Source of the DNA: an uncultured Candidatus Binatia bacterium
Lineage (GTDB): Bacteria > Desulfobacterota > Binatia > UBA9968 > CAXXLF01
NCBI GenBank assembly: GCA_965218425.1
Contig: OZ244621.1
Span: 2,880,001 to 2,944,000 of the forward strand
Length of the DNA: 64,000 bases
Reading direction: 5' to 3'
The translations under genes and the position numbers were made by a program. The first letter of the stretch is position 1. Every line of letters begins with the position of its first letter. Shown here piece after piece: positions 1 through 10,910 of this stretch. The notes beneath the pieces are model-generated. The model saw only the letters and a program-made list of their open reading frames with translations. It was not told the DNA's origin and did no database searches.

Positions 1-1070
1 GGCAGCCTGTCTGCTTGGTCAATGAGCTTACCGAGGAGAAACCAAAGAAACGTGTCAGAGTGATGGATGAAGAGCTCGTGATTTTTCGTCTGCCCCAAGC
101 AAACGGCGACCGGCAAGTCCGTTACGGTTGTGTGGCCGAGCACTGCTCTCACAGAGGGACGTCCTTATACTACGGTTTCGTTGAAGAGGACGGAATTAGG
201 TGTCCCTACCACGGTTGGAAATACGACATCGAGGGAAAATGTATCGAACAGCCCTTCGAAAAAAACCCCCAATTCAAGCACAAGATCCGTCATCCCAGTT
301 ATCCAGTGGAGAAGATGTGCGGACTGCTCTTTGTCTATATGGGGCCCCCTGAGAAAAAGCCGCTGCTGCCGCGTTGGGATGTGTTGGTGCGGACAGATGG
401 GACGCGGTCCATTGAAGTCCACCCGGTGCTCAACTGCAATTGGCTCCAGGCCATGGAGAACTCGGTGGACACCCTTCATACTTACTATCTCCACGCCCAT
501 TCCATGAAGGTAAGGGGCCTTCGCGGAGGAGAGTATTACTACCGGCCAATAGAAGAATACGGTTGGGAGCTTTGTGAATGGGGAATCGTTAAACGCTGCA
601 GGTATGGAGGTGATAGGCCTGAGATGGAAATACGCCCTCCTTTAGTATTTCCCAATATCCTTCGGATCCCACAGGGGACTGCTCAGGCGCTGCACTGGCG
701 AGTACCGATTGACGACACCCGTACGCAAATCACGGTCATGCTGTTCGACCCTTCCAAGGATGGTCAGGTGGTGGAACAACCTGGAGATCCGCCCGTCAAC
801 CGGTTAGACTCGTTGATGACGCCGGAAGGCGAGCACCAGATGACCTCCTTCCCCAGTCAGGACAAGATGGCGTGGGAAACTCAGGGAAGTATTTTCGATC
901 GGAACGAAGAGAATCTAGGCGCATCGGATGGTGGAATCACCATGTATCGGAAGGTGCTTCGCGAGCAGATCGAGATTGTGGAGCGGGGCGGTGAACCCAT
1001 GGCCCTGGTCCGCGATCCGGAGAAAAACCAGATAATCAATTTCCCCGGCAGCAGAACCCCACTGCGTTAA
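1..1070 (+). CDS. Rieske non-heme iron aromatic oxygenase alpha subunit (phthalate 4,5-dioxygenase-like), 5' end outside window
   Basis: Rieske motif CSHRG...CPYHGW and mononuclear iron motif ENSVDTLHTYYLH. The frame stays open to the window edge ((W)QPVCLV). Confidence 0.9.
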   Translation, partial: QPVCLVNELTEEKPKKRVRVMDEELVIFRLPQANGDRQVRYGCVAEHCSHRGTSLYYGFVEEDGIRCPYHGWKYDIEGKCIEQPFEKNPQFKHKIRHPSYPVEKMCGLLFVYMGPPEKKPLLPRWDVLVRTDGTRSIEVHPVLNCNWLQAMENSVDTLHTYYLHAHSMKVRGLRGGEYYYRPIEEYGWELCEWGIVKRCRYGGDRPEMEIRPPLVFPNILRIPQGTAQALHWRVPIDDTRTQITVMLFDPSKDGQVVEQPGDPPVNRLDSLMTPEGEHQMTSFPSQDKMAWETQGSIFDRNEENLGASDGGITMYRKVLREQIEIVERGGEPMALVRDPEKNQIINFPGSRTPLR

Positions 1071-1236
1071 GAGCGCTGGATTCCCGCCGGCCCTCCAAGG
1101 TAGACGTCAGTTATCCGCTCTGCCTCGGACCGAGATCAGGTGTTTATGCAACCGATTCCTAACATTTCATCCATAATGCTCCTCCTTGCCTCGACCATCG
1201 AAGGAAAAAAGGAGTCAGCGGCCCCTGTTGGAGTTT

Positions 1237-2409
1237 TTACCTCTGAGCTCCAAGCTGACCTAGCGCTTCAGGTGAAAGTGGATCGGTGCGGTAGGTCACC
1301 GGTGGCATGGCACATTCCACGCCTTCCTGAAGGTTGGCCTCGGCAAAGCACCTCCGAACCTCTGGATCCTCGTCTTCATAGTTGATGAGCTGTCCTCCCT
1401 CGCGAACAGGAACCATAACCCTGCTGCCATCGCTATACCGAGTGCTTGCCAAGGGGTTGGAACCTCCATAGCACGCCACATGACGCGCCGGCACCTTGCC
1501 CGTGCTCATGTGCTGGTGGAACCAGCCGTCCGGGGGGCTGTAAATGCTGTTCGGGCCCCAGTGAACCTGGATGACCTTGTCTGCGTGCCCGTCCTGCCAT
1601 GGATGCAAACCAAATTCCTTGGGCCACAGGTTGACGTAGCCCTTGCCTTTAAGGCCCACGAGCACGGCGCCGGGACCGTGGAAATGGGCCTTGTGATATC
1701 TACCCACCGGCCATTCCGAAATATGGCCATAGGGGAAGCGTCCGGCCATCCGGTAGCCGGTGAGCTGCCCGCCCGCCACCTTTTGCTCATGGTCGTCGAC
1801 GACTTCCCTGTTCACGTCACTAATGAAGTTCGTATACCAGGTAGTGGTGTTGTAACGCCCACCTCGAACTCGGTTCTGCGTTTGACTAAAATATTCGTCC
1901 TGACCATTGTAGTAATCGATGAAGTCATACTTGCAGTTGAAGACGAACTCAATCTCGTTCAGGCTGTTCATGATCCTGGGCGCAGTGGTTATGGCAAAGA
2001 AAATCACAGGTTCCGGTCCACCATTGTAAAGCTGATAGTAGGCATTCTTGGGGGGAGCGAACACACTTCCCGGCCCCCACTCGAATATCTGCTTGTGCCC
2101 GTCCTCTTGCCAGATCTCGGTGGCTCCCCGGCCCTCCAGAATCAGCGTAAATTGCTCGTAAAGGTGGTGTTGGACCTCCAGTGCTTTGCCGCCGGGAATC
2201 TCGCACACGAACATACCGCGCTCGGATTGAAACGTGCTCTTCAGTTCGATGAACGTTCCCAGGCCGCCTGTGCGGGCCCAGGGGCGGCGCGGTAGCGCGG
2301 TTACGTCATCCACGCCTGTTACTTCCTTATGGATCGGTATACCTTCACCTTTCATGAATTCTTCGTAAATAAACTGTGGCTGTGTGTTACTGGTATTGGA
2401 TTGCTGCAT
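1237..2409 (-). CDS. Bicupin-domain protein
   Basis: Two cupin signatures (QHHLYEQ...GRGATEIW; YHKAHFHGPGA...WFHQHM). Paralogue of 59614..60678. Confidence 0.8.
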   Translation of the reverse strand: MQQSNTSNTQPQFIYEEFMKGEGIPIHKEVTGVDDVTALPRRPWARTGGLGTFIELKSTFQSERGMFVCEIPGGKALEVQHHLYEQFTLILEGRGATEIWQEDGHKQIFEWGPGSVFAPPKNAYYQLYNGGPEPVIFFAITTAPRIMNSLNEIEFVFNCKYDFIDYYNGQDEYFSQTQNRVRGGRYNTTTWYTNFISDVNREVVDDHEQKVAGGQLTGYRMAGRFPYGHISEWPVGRYHKAHFHGPGAVLVGLKGKGYVNLWPKEFGLHPWQDGHADKVIQVHWGPNSIYSPPDGWFHQHMSTGKVPARHVACYGGSNPLASTRYSDGSRVMVPVREGGQLINYEDEDPEVRRCFAEANLQEGVECAMPPVTYRTDPLSPEALGQLGAQR

Positions 2410-2463
2410 GGGCTTTCCTCCTTAATCAGTTCTATGGTCGATCATTGCTTCGCTATGGCTTGT

Positions 2464-3606
2464 TTATCGCCTTTGGGCTTGAGACATCGCTCTTTTGATA
2501 ACTTTTCTCGCTGGTGTCAGATCCATCCATTCCGGGCGAACTGATCTCAGGTATTTCCCTCCTAACTTACGACGGTTTTCAATGGGAACATCATCCTTTG
2601 GGATGTCGATCCTGAGGGAGTCTGCACCGGGCCTGGCCAGCAAGCGGCTCTTTTGATACGCCATCTGTCCTTCTCGCGACAAGAACCAGTTAATAAAAAC
2701 CTTCGCTGCGTTGGGATGCGGGGCTCGATTCAAAAGAACGATATTCCCCAGGATGGGAACGATGCTCGCCCCCTCTTCCAGGCCATAAGGCCTGACCGTA
2801 TCCACTGGAAGCCCCTGCGCCTTGGCCGTGCGCACGCCGTAACAAAAGAGACAAACCGAGTACTTGCCGTTGGCGAGCCAATCAAGCCGCTGCCGTCTGT
2901 CTCGGGTCACTCTAATGTTGGTTTCGCTAAAGAGACGGGTCAAATAGGAGGGCCCCAATTCCGGGTTATTGTACATAAACCGGGTCCCGTGACTGACGAT
3001 ACCCGGTATCATAGGATCCTCGACCACGAGCTCTCCTCTCCATTTGGGTTTAAGCAGGTTCCGGTAAGACGTGATCTCGCCTCGCTTTACAAGGTTAACG
3101 TTGTAATGTACGTAATCCTGCGCGGTGCCTTCAAAGCTGAAAATAAACTTGCCTTCGGAATCTACGTAACTATGCTTGCCCTCAAACCACTTTGACCGAT
3201 CCTTCACCTCCGGCAAGATCAAAGTGGGGGGGATCGGATCAAGGACTTTGGCCTGGTAAAATACCTGATACAGTGTCGTGGGACCAGTAGTAAAAAGGTC
3301 GAGAAGATATTTTCCAGCCCTCCGCTCGGTCATGACCCTTTGTGCCTCTTGAAACCACATGGACATTCTCGTGACGGTCTTGATCTGTGGGTAGGCCTTA
3401 TTAAATTGTTTCACCACGGGATTGAGGCTCGAGGATAGGTAAATGTCCAGTCGTCCCTCTTTTCGTACCGCCGCGAGAGTTCTCTCCCACTCGGCTTTCC
3501 ACGTTGGTTTTGCCTCCCCGGAGAATGCGGGTTGTGCTTTCAGAAAGAACACTCCGAGGAGAACACCGCTGGTCAATACCCCTAAGTATAGGAGGCTCCG
3601 TTCCAT
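2464..3606 (-). CDS. ABC transporter substrate-binding protein (Fe3+/polyamine/thiamine-type fold)
   Basis: Signal-peptide-like N-terminus and NRAPHPNAAKVFINWFLSREGQ motif. Confidence 0.85.
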   Translation of the reverse strand: MERSLLYLGVLTSGVLLGVFFLKAQPAFSGEAKPTWKAEWERTLAAVRKEGRLDIYLSSSLNPVVKQFNKAYPQIKTVTRMSMWFQEAQRVMTERRAGKYLLDLFTTGPTTLYQVFYQAKVLDPIPPTLILPEVKDRSKWFEGKHSYVDSEGKFIFSFEGTAQDYVHYNVNLVKRGEITSYRNLLKPKWRGELVVEDPMIPGIVSHGTRFMYNNPELGPSYLTRLFSETNIRVTRDRRQRLDWLANGKYSVCLFCYGVRTAKAQGLPVDTVRPYGLEEGASIVPILGNIVLLNRAPHPNAAKVFINWFLSREGQMAYQKSRLLARPGADSLRIDIPKDDVPIENRRKLGGKYLRSVRPEWMDLTPARKVIKRAMSQAQRR

Positions 3607-5071
3607 ATTTATTTCCTCCTTCCCGTCGCACTTATGCCGTATTCATCTGCTAGAACCGCTGTGTGGTGACCTAATCCCTCTGGATTCAGGACACAAAACG
3701 CTAGATGGGTCAATGGTAGTCACCCTTATACATTTTTCGTATTACCTTAACCGTTTCGGTATTGACGCAAGATTAGATATCAGCCCGGCCTACATGTCAA
3801 TCTCCCATGACCGTCACCACTGGAGAGGCTTGACTTCCCAGAGCGGTCTTAATAGAGGTACTTTTATTGAGGGTACGATGGACCGCAATGCAAATACATG
3901 CAGCCAGCGATTAAAAAGAGTACGGGAAAAGAGTGTCACGCCAATTTTAATTTGTTGGTTCGTCTTGGATACTGCAAAGAAGGAGAGGCACGACAATGGA
4001 AAAAATGAAAAACCCGTGGTTGAATCCAGCTAAAGTCGCAAGCCATCTGCTTCTGGCGGTGTGTTTGCTTTATGGGACTCATGCGCGCGCTGCCACGCAG
4101 GAAGAATGGGAAAAGACGGTCGCCGCGGCTGAAAAAGAGGGCCGGGTTAACGTCTATATGTGGGGGGACGTCGCGACCCTAGACGCGGGAGTGTTCCAGA
4201 AAGCCTATCCAGGAATCAAGCTGTACGGGGTGACAGGGAGAAGAGGTATTTTACACCGTGTAATTGCTGAGCGCAGAGCCGGGAAGTATATTCCAGATGT
4301 TTCGATTAACGGGGCCTCTACGAACTACAGATTCTTTTACCGGAAGGGATTCCTGGTTCCCATCAAGCCGGTTTTAGTATTGCCGGAGGTCCTGGATGAA
4401 TCCAAATGGTGGCAAGGTAAGCACCGCTATGTCGATCAAGAGAGAAGGTATGTGTTTGTTAATTTGGGCAGTGCGTCTCAGGGAGGCTTTCATTACAATA
4501 CCAACCTTGTTGACCCCAAGGAATTTAAATCGTTCTGGGACTTTCTGAATCCTAAGTGGAAAGGAAAAATCGAGGCGCAAGACTTAAGGGGAAATCCAGG
4601 ACGAGCTAGGGCACCCCTGACGTTTTTGTATCATCACCCCGATCTGGGTCCCAAATTTCTGCGGCGACTGTTTTCTGAGATGGATATTACACTTTTCAGG
4701 AACGAGCGTTTTGGGACGGACTGGTTAGTGGTTGGAAAATTTTCGATCTGTTTTGCGTGTAATACGCGTCCTGCCAGGCTCCAGGGGCTTGCAGTGGATT
4801 CGTTTGGTCGTATGAAGGAAGGGCAAGGCCTCTCTCCCGGAGGGGGTACGGTAGCTCTTATGAACAGAGCGCCGCACCCGAACGCGGCGAAGGTCTTTAT
4901 CAACTGGTTTCTCTCCCGTGAAGGGCAAAAGACCTACCAGAGCGCGGGACAGGTGCCGGGAGATTCGGGCCGTAACTCCCTCAGGGAAGATATCCCTAAA
5001 GAAGTGATCTGAGGTAGCCCAGGTTTGACGGACACCTAAAAAGGGGACAAGATCCCCGCAGGAGGTGTTCG

Positions 5072-5362
5072 ATGGGCAAGCGAAGGCGTTTCACCCAAGA
5101 GTTTAAGTTGGAAGCTGTTCGACTGCTGGAGGCGGGCGCTCGGCCAGCAGCGGAGATTGCACGGGAACTGGGAGTACCTCGCAATCGACTGTACAAGTGG
5201 CAGGAGCAAGTGACGAGGAAAGGGGCGGCTGCGTTTCCCGGCACAGGTCGAGGTAGAGACAACGATGAGGTAGCACGGTTAAGGCGAGAGCTGGAGCGGG
5301 TAACGGAACAACGAGATATATTAAAAAAGGCCGCAGCGTACTTTGCCAAGGAGCTCAAGTAA
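5072..5362 (+). CDS. IS3 transposase OrfA (HTH)
   Basis: RRRFTQEFKLEAV...RDILKKAAAYFA; A-run near the 3' end is a possible frameshift site. Confidence 0.92.
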   Translation: MGKRRRFTQEFKLEAVRLLEAGARPAAEIARELGVPRNRLYKWQEQVTRKGAAAFPGTGRGRDNDEVARLRRELERVTEQRDILKKAAAYFAKELK

Positions 5363-5403
5363 AGTACGCGTTTATACGAGCTCACAGGACAGAGTTTAGG
5401 GTA

Positions 5404-6222
5404 GTGAGGATGTGCGAGGTATTAGAGGTCAGTCGTAGTGGGTACTACGACTGGAGCGGTCGAGGGGAGTCTCGGCGTAGAGCACAGGATAAGGTTGTGA
5501 TCAAAGAGATCCGCAAGGTGCACGAGAGCTACAAGGAAGCGTACGGGGCAGTCAAGACATGGCTGACGCTGAAGGAGGCGGGGGTGACATGTGGGAAGCA
5601 TGGGGTGGCGAGGCTGAGGAGTTTAGTGGGGATAGAGACGCGTCGGGTGCAAAGGTTTCGATTGGCCTACAAGGCTCGTCACAGTGCGCCACCGGCACCG
5701 AACTTGTTGCGTCAACGCTTCGAAGCGTCAGGCCCCGAGCAGGTATGGATGGCCGATATTACCTTCATTGGTACCCGATCTGGGTGGTTATACCTGGCGG
5801 TAGTGGTGGACCTTTACTCTCGGCTGGTGGTGGGATGGTCAATGAAGCAACGTCCCACACAGGAGTTGGTCAGTGAAGCTTTACTGATGGCTATCGAACA
5901 GCGCCAGCCTATGGCGGGGCTGATTCACCATAGCGACCAAGGAATCCAATACGCTAGCAATCACTACGTTGAGTTGCTCAGACGCCATGGGGTGGTGCGC
6001 AGCATGAGCCGCAAAGGGAATTGCTACGACAATGCAGTGGTCGAGAGTTTGTTCAGCTCACTAAAGAATGAACTTGTACACCATCAGGATTATAAGACGA
6101 GGCAGGACGCTAGGTCGGATATCTTCGACTACATTGAACTGTTTTATAACCGAAGAAGAAAGCATGAGTCGTTGGGATACCACACCCCAATGGCATATGA
6201 CTCGATCAAACGTGTGGCTTAA
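5404..6222 (+). CDS. IS3 transposase OrfB (DDE integrase core)
   Basis: WMADITFI, HHSDQGIQY and GNCYDNAVVESLF motifs. Confidence 0.93.
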   Translation: MRMCEVLEVSRSGYYDWSGRGESRRRAQDKVVIKEIRKVHESYKEAYGAVKTWLTLKEAGVTCGKHGVARLRSLVGIETRRVQRFRLAYKARHSAPPAPNLLRQRFEASGPEQVWMADITFIGTRSGWLYLAVVVDLYSRLVVGWSMKQRPTQELVSEALLMAIEQRQPMAGLIHHSDQGIQYASNHYVELLRRHGVVRSMSRKGNCYDNAVVESLFSSLKNELVHHQDYKTRQDARSDIFDYIELFYNRRRKHESLGYHTPMAYDSIKRVA

Positions 6223-6465
6223 TTAACTGTCCGTGAAACCCGGGTCGCTTCAATCCGACCTCAGAGCCGCCGGGGAAAAGGGGTCTACTATATTCCTACA
6301 GACCGATGGGATTTGCTCGACGTGAGACCTATCTTCAAGATTATTAATGATGGTTTGAGGCAGGCCGGGAAGCGATAAGGATGTCGTTAAGTCAATACGG
6401 TGTCTCACTCGGTATTTGGTTCGTGTGATGGACTTTGGTTACAGACACAGGGGGTGTGAAAAAGG

Positions 6466-7350
6466 ATGGCAGATCAAAAGGAATTAGAAGGACGGGTCGT
6501 GGTTGTGACAGGAGCGGCCCGGGGAATCGGTCGTGCCAGCACCAGGGGATTCCTGGCTAGCGGCGCTATGGTGGTGGCGACAGACAAATCCTGGCAGGGG
6601 GCTGATGAGTTTCGTCACGAATTGGAGTCCACCGACAAAGCCATTGCCTTGGATATGGACGTTACCGACAAGGATCAGATTGATCAGGTATATCAGGCCG
6701 CCTTGAAACGGTTCGGCGCGTTTGATGTCGTGTTGAACAATGCCGGGCTACTCCAAATGTTTCTTTACCCCCCCACGGGAAAGAGTACTACTTTGGGCAC
6801 GTCAGATGAAGATTGGGTCAAGATGTTTGACGTAAACGTACTGGGTCCCCTGAGAGTCGTTCGTAAATTCGTTTCCCCGATGATCGAAAAAAAGAAAGGG
6901 AGCATTATCAATATTGTCAGCAGTGGAATATTAAATTTCTCCCGCGCAGGGGGATACACAGCGCTGCGTCCAAACAGCAGGGAGATGCCTTACATGGCGT
7001 CCAAGGCCGCGCTGGCAACCATGAGCTTTTATCTAGCCGATGAGATTCGGGAGCATAACGTTGCGGTCAATACCATAATCCCCGGTCACACCAGGGGGGC
7101 TTGGTTCGACGAAACGATTCGCGCTCGAGTAGCAGCGGGGTACGCACCCGGAAGAAGGCCGGTGACGCCTGAGCATTTGGTTCCCCTTATGATGTTCCTG
7201 GCGTCTCAAGATGGTAAAGGAGTCACAGGCAAGATGTATGACGCCATGGAATGGAACCTGGACCATGGCCAGGGCGGGTACGATGTATGGTGCGACAGGT
7301 CATTGCCTGAAGATATTGAGGCGGCGTTCGCCAAAAGCGGTGCGCCTTAA
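6466..7350 (+). CDS. Short-chain dehydrogenase/reductase
   Basis: TGAARGIG, NNAG and YMASK motifs. Confidence 0.92.
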   Translation: MADQKELEGRVVVVTGAARGIGRASTRGFLASGAMVVATDKSWQGADEFRHELESTDKAIALDMDVTDKDQIDQVYQAALKRFGAFDVVLNNAGLLQMFLYPPTGKSTTLGTSDEDWVKMFDVNVLGPLRVVRKFVSPMIEKKKGSIINIVSSGILNFSRAGGYTALRPNSREMPYMASKAALATMSFYLADEIREHNVAVNTIIPGHTRGAWFDETIRARVAAGYAPGRRPVTPEHLVPLMMFLASQDGKGVTGKMYDAMEWNLDHGQGGYDVWCDRSLPEDIEAAFAKSGAP

Positions 7351-7493
7351 AAGTCACGAAGTTACTTTGCGCTGATTTTACGAGAGTCTCAGCAGGGGAA
7401 GGCGTGGGGACAGGAATGCTGCCGCGCTCCTGGATACTGCATTACCGCAAGAATCGGGTGGAAACGGTAACCACTCGGTGGCAGGATGGGGAC

Positions 7494-8399
7494 ATGAATG
7501 ATTACGAACGCATTGCTCGGGTTATCCGCCGTTTGGATGAGTGCCACACTGACCAGCCTGACCTGTCGACACTGGCGGAATACGTAGGGTTGAGCCAGTT
7601 CCATTTCCACCGTTTATTCTCTGCCTGGGCGGGCGTCACCCCAAAGGATTTTCTGCAGTGCTTGACGCTATCTCATGCCAAGGAACTTCTTAGGCAGGGG
7701 AAGAGCGTGCTGGACGTCGCCCTGAATTCGGGTCTATCCGGTCCCAGTCGGTTGCATGATCTCAGTGTAAGCTTGGAGGCTGCCTCACCCGGAGAACTGA
7801 AATCGGGTGGTGAGGGGTGGACGATCACAGCTGGCTTCGCTGACAGTCCGTTCGGGCGGTGCCTGGTCGGCAACAGTCCTCGCGGCATCTGTCATCTTTC
7901 ATTTGTCGAGTCGGAAGACGGCAGTGTAGAGTGGGCTGCGCTTCAGGAAAACTGGCCACAGGCGCGGCTGCGTCGGGACGACGCTTTTGCTTCAAGCCTA
8001 TCCGATCGAATTTTCAAGCCCGCCGCCCGTGCAAAATCGCAACAGCCATTGCGGGCATTTGTTGGAGGCACGGTGTTTCAGGTGCGGGTATGGCGGGCAT
8101 TACTTCAAGTTCAGCCGGGCACACTCGTCAGCTACGGTGGATTGGCTGCGGCGCTGGACAAGCCCACTACGTCCCGCGCCGTGGGGACGGCGGTGGCGCA
8201 GAATCCGCTGGCCTACCTTATTCCCTGTCATCGCGTGATTCGTGAGACAGGCATGTTTGGCGATTATCGGTGGGGACGAGTTCGCAAACGTGCGATTGTG
8301 GCCTGGGAGAGTTCTCCGCGTTTCGCCGTTGAGACTCGCAATGGGACTGCCACAAGACTGGAGGAAACGACTAACGAGGAAATCCGGCCAGCACGTTAA
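7494..8399 (+). CDS. AraC-HTH / methylated-DNA-protein-cysteine methyltransferase (Ada-like, lacking the Zn domain)
   Basis: AraC HTH (LSQFHFHRLFSAWAGVTPK) plus active site PCHRV. ATG at 7494 preferred over GTG at 7404. Confidence 0.9.
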   Translation: MNDYERIARVIRRLDECHTDQPDLSTLAEYVGLSQFHFHRLFSAWAGVTPKDFLQCLTLSHAKELLRQGKSVLDVALNSGLSGPSRLHDLSVSLEAASPGELKSGGEGWTITAGFADSPFGRCLVGNSPRGICHLSFVESEDGSVEWAALQENWPQARLRRDDAFASSLSDRIFKPAARAKSQQPLRAFVGGTVFQVRVWRALLQVQPGTLVSYGGLAAALDKPTTSRAVGTAVAQNPLAYLIPCHRVIRETGMFGDYRWGRVRKRAIVAWESSPRFAVETRNGTATRLEETTNEEIRPAR

Positions 8400-8595
8400 A
8401 AAAGATTGTCTGGACTAGAATGTCTACCCTCGGAATCGGCGGAAAGCATAACGGGGGGACCGTATGCTTCATTTAAGATTCTTATATTACCGCCGAGGGA
8501 AGTCATGGCAAGAGTATGTACTGATGTATACTGTGCCCGGCAATTCCCCGGTGGCTTTCTATGACATGGTGTGACGAATAGATAAGGAGCAGACG

Positions 8596-9726
8596 ATGGC
8601 TACTCATCTAAAAAGTTTTTTAAGGGTCATGCGGGTTGACCATGTGGGGAGCCTCCGGCGCCCGGCACGATTGCGAGAGGTTTTTGCAAGATACGGAATG
8701 GGGCAGGCGACGGATCAGGAGCTAAGGCAGGCGCAGGACGACGCAATCCAAGAGGTGGTCGCGAAACAGGAAGCGCATGGGCTTCCTGTCGTGAACGACG
8801 GGGAATTCCGCCGCCTCAGTTTTCAGGACAGCTTCACCAGCTCGGTAAACGAGTTTACAGCGGCGAAGAATACGGCACGGGTATCCTTGGGAGATTCTGT
8901 GCAGGTTGAATCTTCCACGGAATCTCCCGGCATGTTCTTGCGGGGCCCCGTGTCTGAACGTCTTTCGCTCATCCGAAACCTTCCGCTGAATGAGTATCTA
9001 TTCACTCGAAGTGTTGCCAACAGACCGGTCAAAGTGACAGTGTTAAGTCCTGATCGCATCTCCCAACGATTTGATTATGAAAAGTCGTATTCGGTGTATT
9101 CCGGGATGGAAGAGTTTCTGGCCGATGTCGTTGCAATCGAACGGCGCATGATCGCCGAATTGGTAGAGGCCGGGTGTCCGTACGTTCAAATCGATGCGCC
9201 CGGTTATACGGCTTATACGGATCCCCGCTTGTTACAACAGATGCGGGCTCGTGGTGAGGACCCGCTGACAAACCTGGAGCATTCCATAAACGCGGACAAC
9301 GCCATCATAGAAGGTTTTCCCGATACTACGTTTGGCATCCACATTTGTCGGGGCAACCGACCTGGCGGGGAGCGTCGGCAGGGCGGATACGATGCCATCG
9401 CGGAGCGGTTGTTCAATAGACTCAACCATAATCGAATTCTATTGGAGTATGACAGTGAACGAGCGGGAGGTTTTGAGCCGCTCCGTCTGATTCCCAAGGA
9501 AAAAGTGGTGGTGCTGGGGCTAATAACCACCAAGGAGGCTCGAATTGAGGCTGCCGATGAACTCAGGCACCGAATCGATGAGGCCTGCCGCTTTCTCTCA
9601 ATCGAGCAGCTAGCGATCAGTCCCCAATGTGGATTTGGCGGTCTTTCCAATAAAGTCATGAGCGAAGATGAGCAGTGGCAAAAGATCGATGTGATGATGG
9701 AGACAGCCACAAAGGTTTGGACTTAA
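8596..9726 (+). CDS. Cobalamin-independent methionine synthase II family protein (single barrel, MetE C-terminal-like)
   Basis: DHVGSL, DGEFRR, HICRGN, LEYD and SPQCGF zinc-ligand motifs; RBS AAGGAG. Confidence 0.88.
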   Translation: MATHLKSFLRVMRVDHVGSLRRPARLREVFARYGMGQATDQELRQAQDDAIQEVVAKQEAHGLPVVNDGEFRRLSFQDSFTSSVNEFTAAKNTARVSLGDSVQVESSTESPGMFLRGPVSERLSLIRNLPLNEYLFTRSVANRPVKVTVLSPDRISQRFDYEKSYSVYSGMEEFLADVVAIERRMIAELVEAGCPYVQIDAPGYTAYTDPRLLQQMRARGEDPLTNLEHSINADNAIIEGFPDTTFGIHICRGNRPGGERRQGGYDAIAERLFNRLNHNRILLEYDSERAGGFEPLRLIPKEKVVVLGLITTKEARIEAADELRHRIDEACRFLSIEQLAISPQCGFGGLSNKVMSEDEQWQKIDVMMETATKVWT

Positions 9727-9923
9727 TGGCGTCCGGGAATAAGGTTCGTGGCCGCGCCGTTCGCCCTATGTGCCCTAATTCCCGTGACGATTTCTTCCAA
9801 AGGCAGGACAATCGCCGCTGTCTTGTGAAATAATTTCCGGGCACTATACTTACCCACAAGATTAAGCGATCAGGCTTGATACAGTTCCTCTTGAATTGAC
9901 CGGGACTTTGAAGAACTAAAACG

Positions 9924-10907
9924 ATGCTCGTAGTCTCTGCACCAACCCACCATGAATATTTACCCGCTTCGGTCACTGACCTGAAAAATCCGCAAACCGA
10001 TATCCCTCGAATTGCAAAGAACCAAAAGCTGCTGAAAGAGATCGAGGCGGCGGTTAAAAAGATGCCGACGACACACCAACTAGTCCAGGGGGATGCCCGA
10101 GATTTGTCGTTTATAGAGGAGAAGTCCGTTCACCTGGTGGTCACGTCTCCACCGTACTGGGTCTTGAAGAAATACCGTGACCATAAGGATCAGCTCGGTG
10201 ATCTAAAGGATTATGACATGTTTCTCCACGAATTAGACAGGGTCTGGGAACATTGTTTCCGGGTCTTGGTGCCTGGCGGCCGATTAATTTGTGTGGTCGG
10301 CGACGTTTGCCTGTCGCGAAGAAAAAATGACGGCAGACATACCGTCGTTCCCCTTCACTCCTCGATTCAAGAGCACTGTAGAAAGATCGGCTATGACAAT
10401 CTGGCACCGATTATCTGGTACAAAATAGCCAATGCGGTGTTTGAAGCCTCTGGAAACGGAGGAGGGTTTCTAGGAAAGCCCTACGAGCCCAACGCGGTTA
10501 TCAAGAACGACATCGAATTTATCCTGATGGAACGAAAGCCGGGCGGCTATCGGAAGCCTACCGTAGCCACGAGGGTGCTTTCGGTTATCTCGGTCGAAAA
10601 CCACAAGCAGTGGTTTCAATCGATTTGGTCCGGTCTAACCGGCGCCTCGACTCGCGATCACCCGGCTCCGTATCCCGAAGAATTGGCAGAGCGCTTAGTC
10701 AGAATGTTTTCCTTCGTAGGGGATACTGTCCTCGATCCTTTTATGGGAACCGGGACCACAACGGTGGCCGCGGCAAAGTGGGGGCGGAACTCAATCAGCC
10801 TCGAGATCGACCCTCACTATTTTGAATCTGCGGAGAAAAGGATCAGGCGTTCGACGGGCTCTCTGTTCTCTAAGGCCAAAGTCACCACTGACATGAAACC
10901 AAAATAG
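9924..10907 (+). CDS. Site-specific DNA methyltransferase (N4-C/N6-A, beta class)
   Basis: TSPPY precedes DPFMGTGTT; HPAPYP motif. Confidence 0.92.
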   Translation: MLVVSAPTHHEYLPASVTDLKNPQTDIPRIAKNQKLLKEIEAAVKKMPTTHQLVQGDARDLSFIEEKSVHLVVTSPPYWVLKKYRDHKDQLGDLKDYDMFLHELDRVWEHCFRVLVPGGRLICVVGDVCLSRRKNDGRHTVVPLHSSIQEHCRKIGYDNLAPIIWYKIANAVFEASGNGGGFLGKPYEPNAVIKNDIEFILMERKPGGYRKPTVATRVLSVISVENHKQWFQSIWSGLTGASTRDHPAPYPEELAERLVRMFSFVGDTVLDPFMGTGTTTVAAAKWGRNSISLEIDPHYFESAEKRIRRSTGSLFSKAKVTTDMKPK

Positions 10908-10910
10908 GTG

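Larger units (their letters stand above)
5010..6252 (+). mobile_element. IS3-family insertion sequence, complete
   Basis: Imperfect terminal IRs TGAGGTAGCCCAGGTTTGACGGACA / TGAAGCGACCCGGGTTTCACGGACA (rc). 3-bp target duplication ATC at 5007-5009 and 6253-6255. Confidence 0.95.
3996..6378 (+). pseudogene. ABC substrate-binding protein interrupted near its C-terminus by IS3
   Basis: ORF 3996..5009 resumes in frame after the IS (6253..6378: IRPQSRRGKGVYYIPTDRWDLLDVRPIFKIINDGLRQAGKR*), matching the tail of paralogue 2464..3606. Confidence 0.9.

Noticed and set aside
1480..2295. Long opposite-strand ORFs (also 23174..23869, 25728..26432, 47211..48122, 54664..55435)
   Set aside because: They lie antisense to well-supported genes and carry no recognisable motifs.
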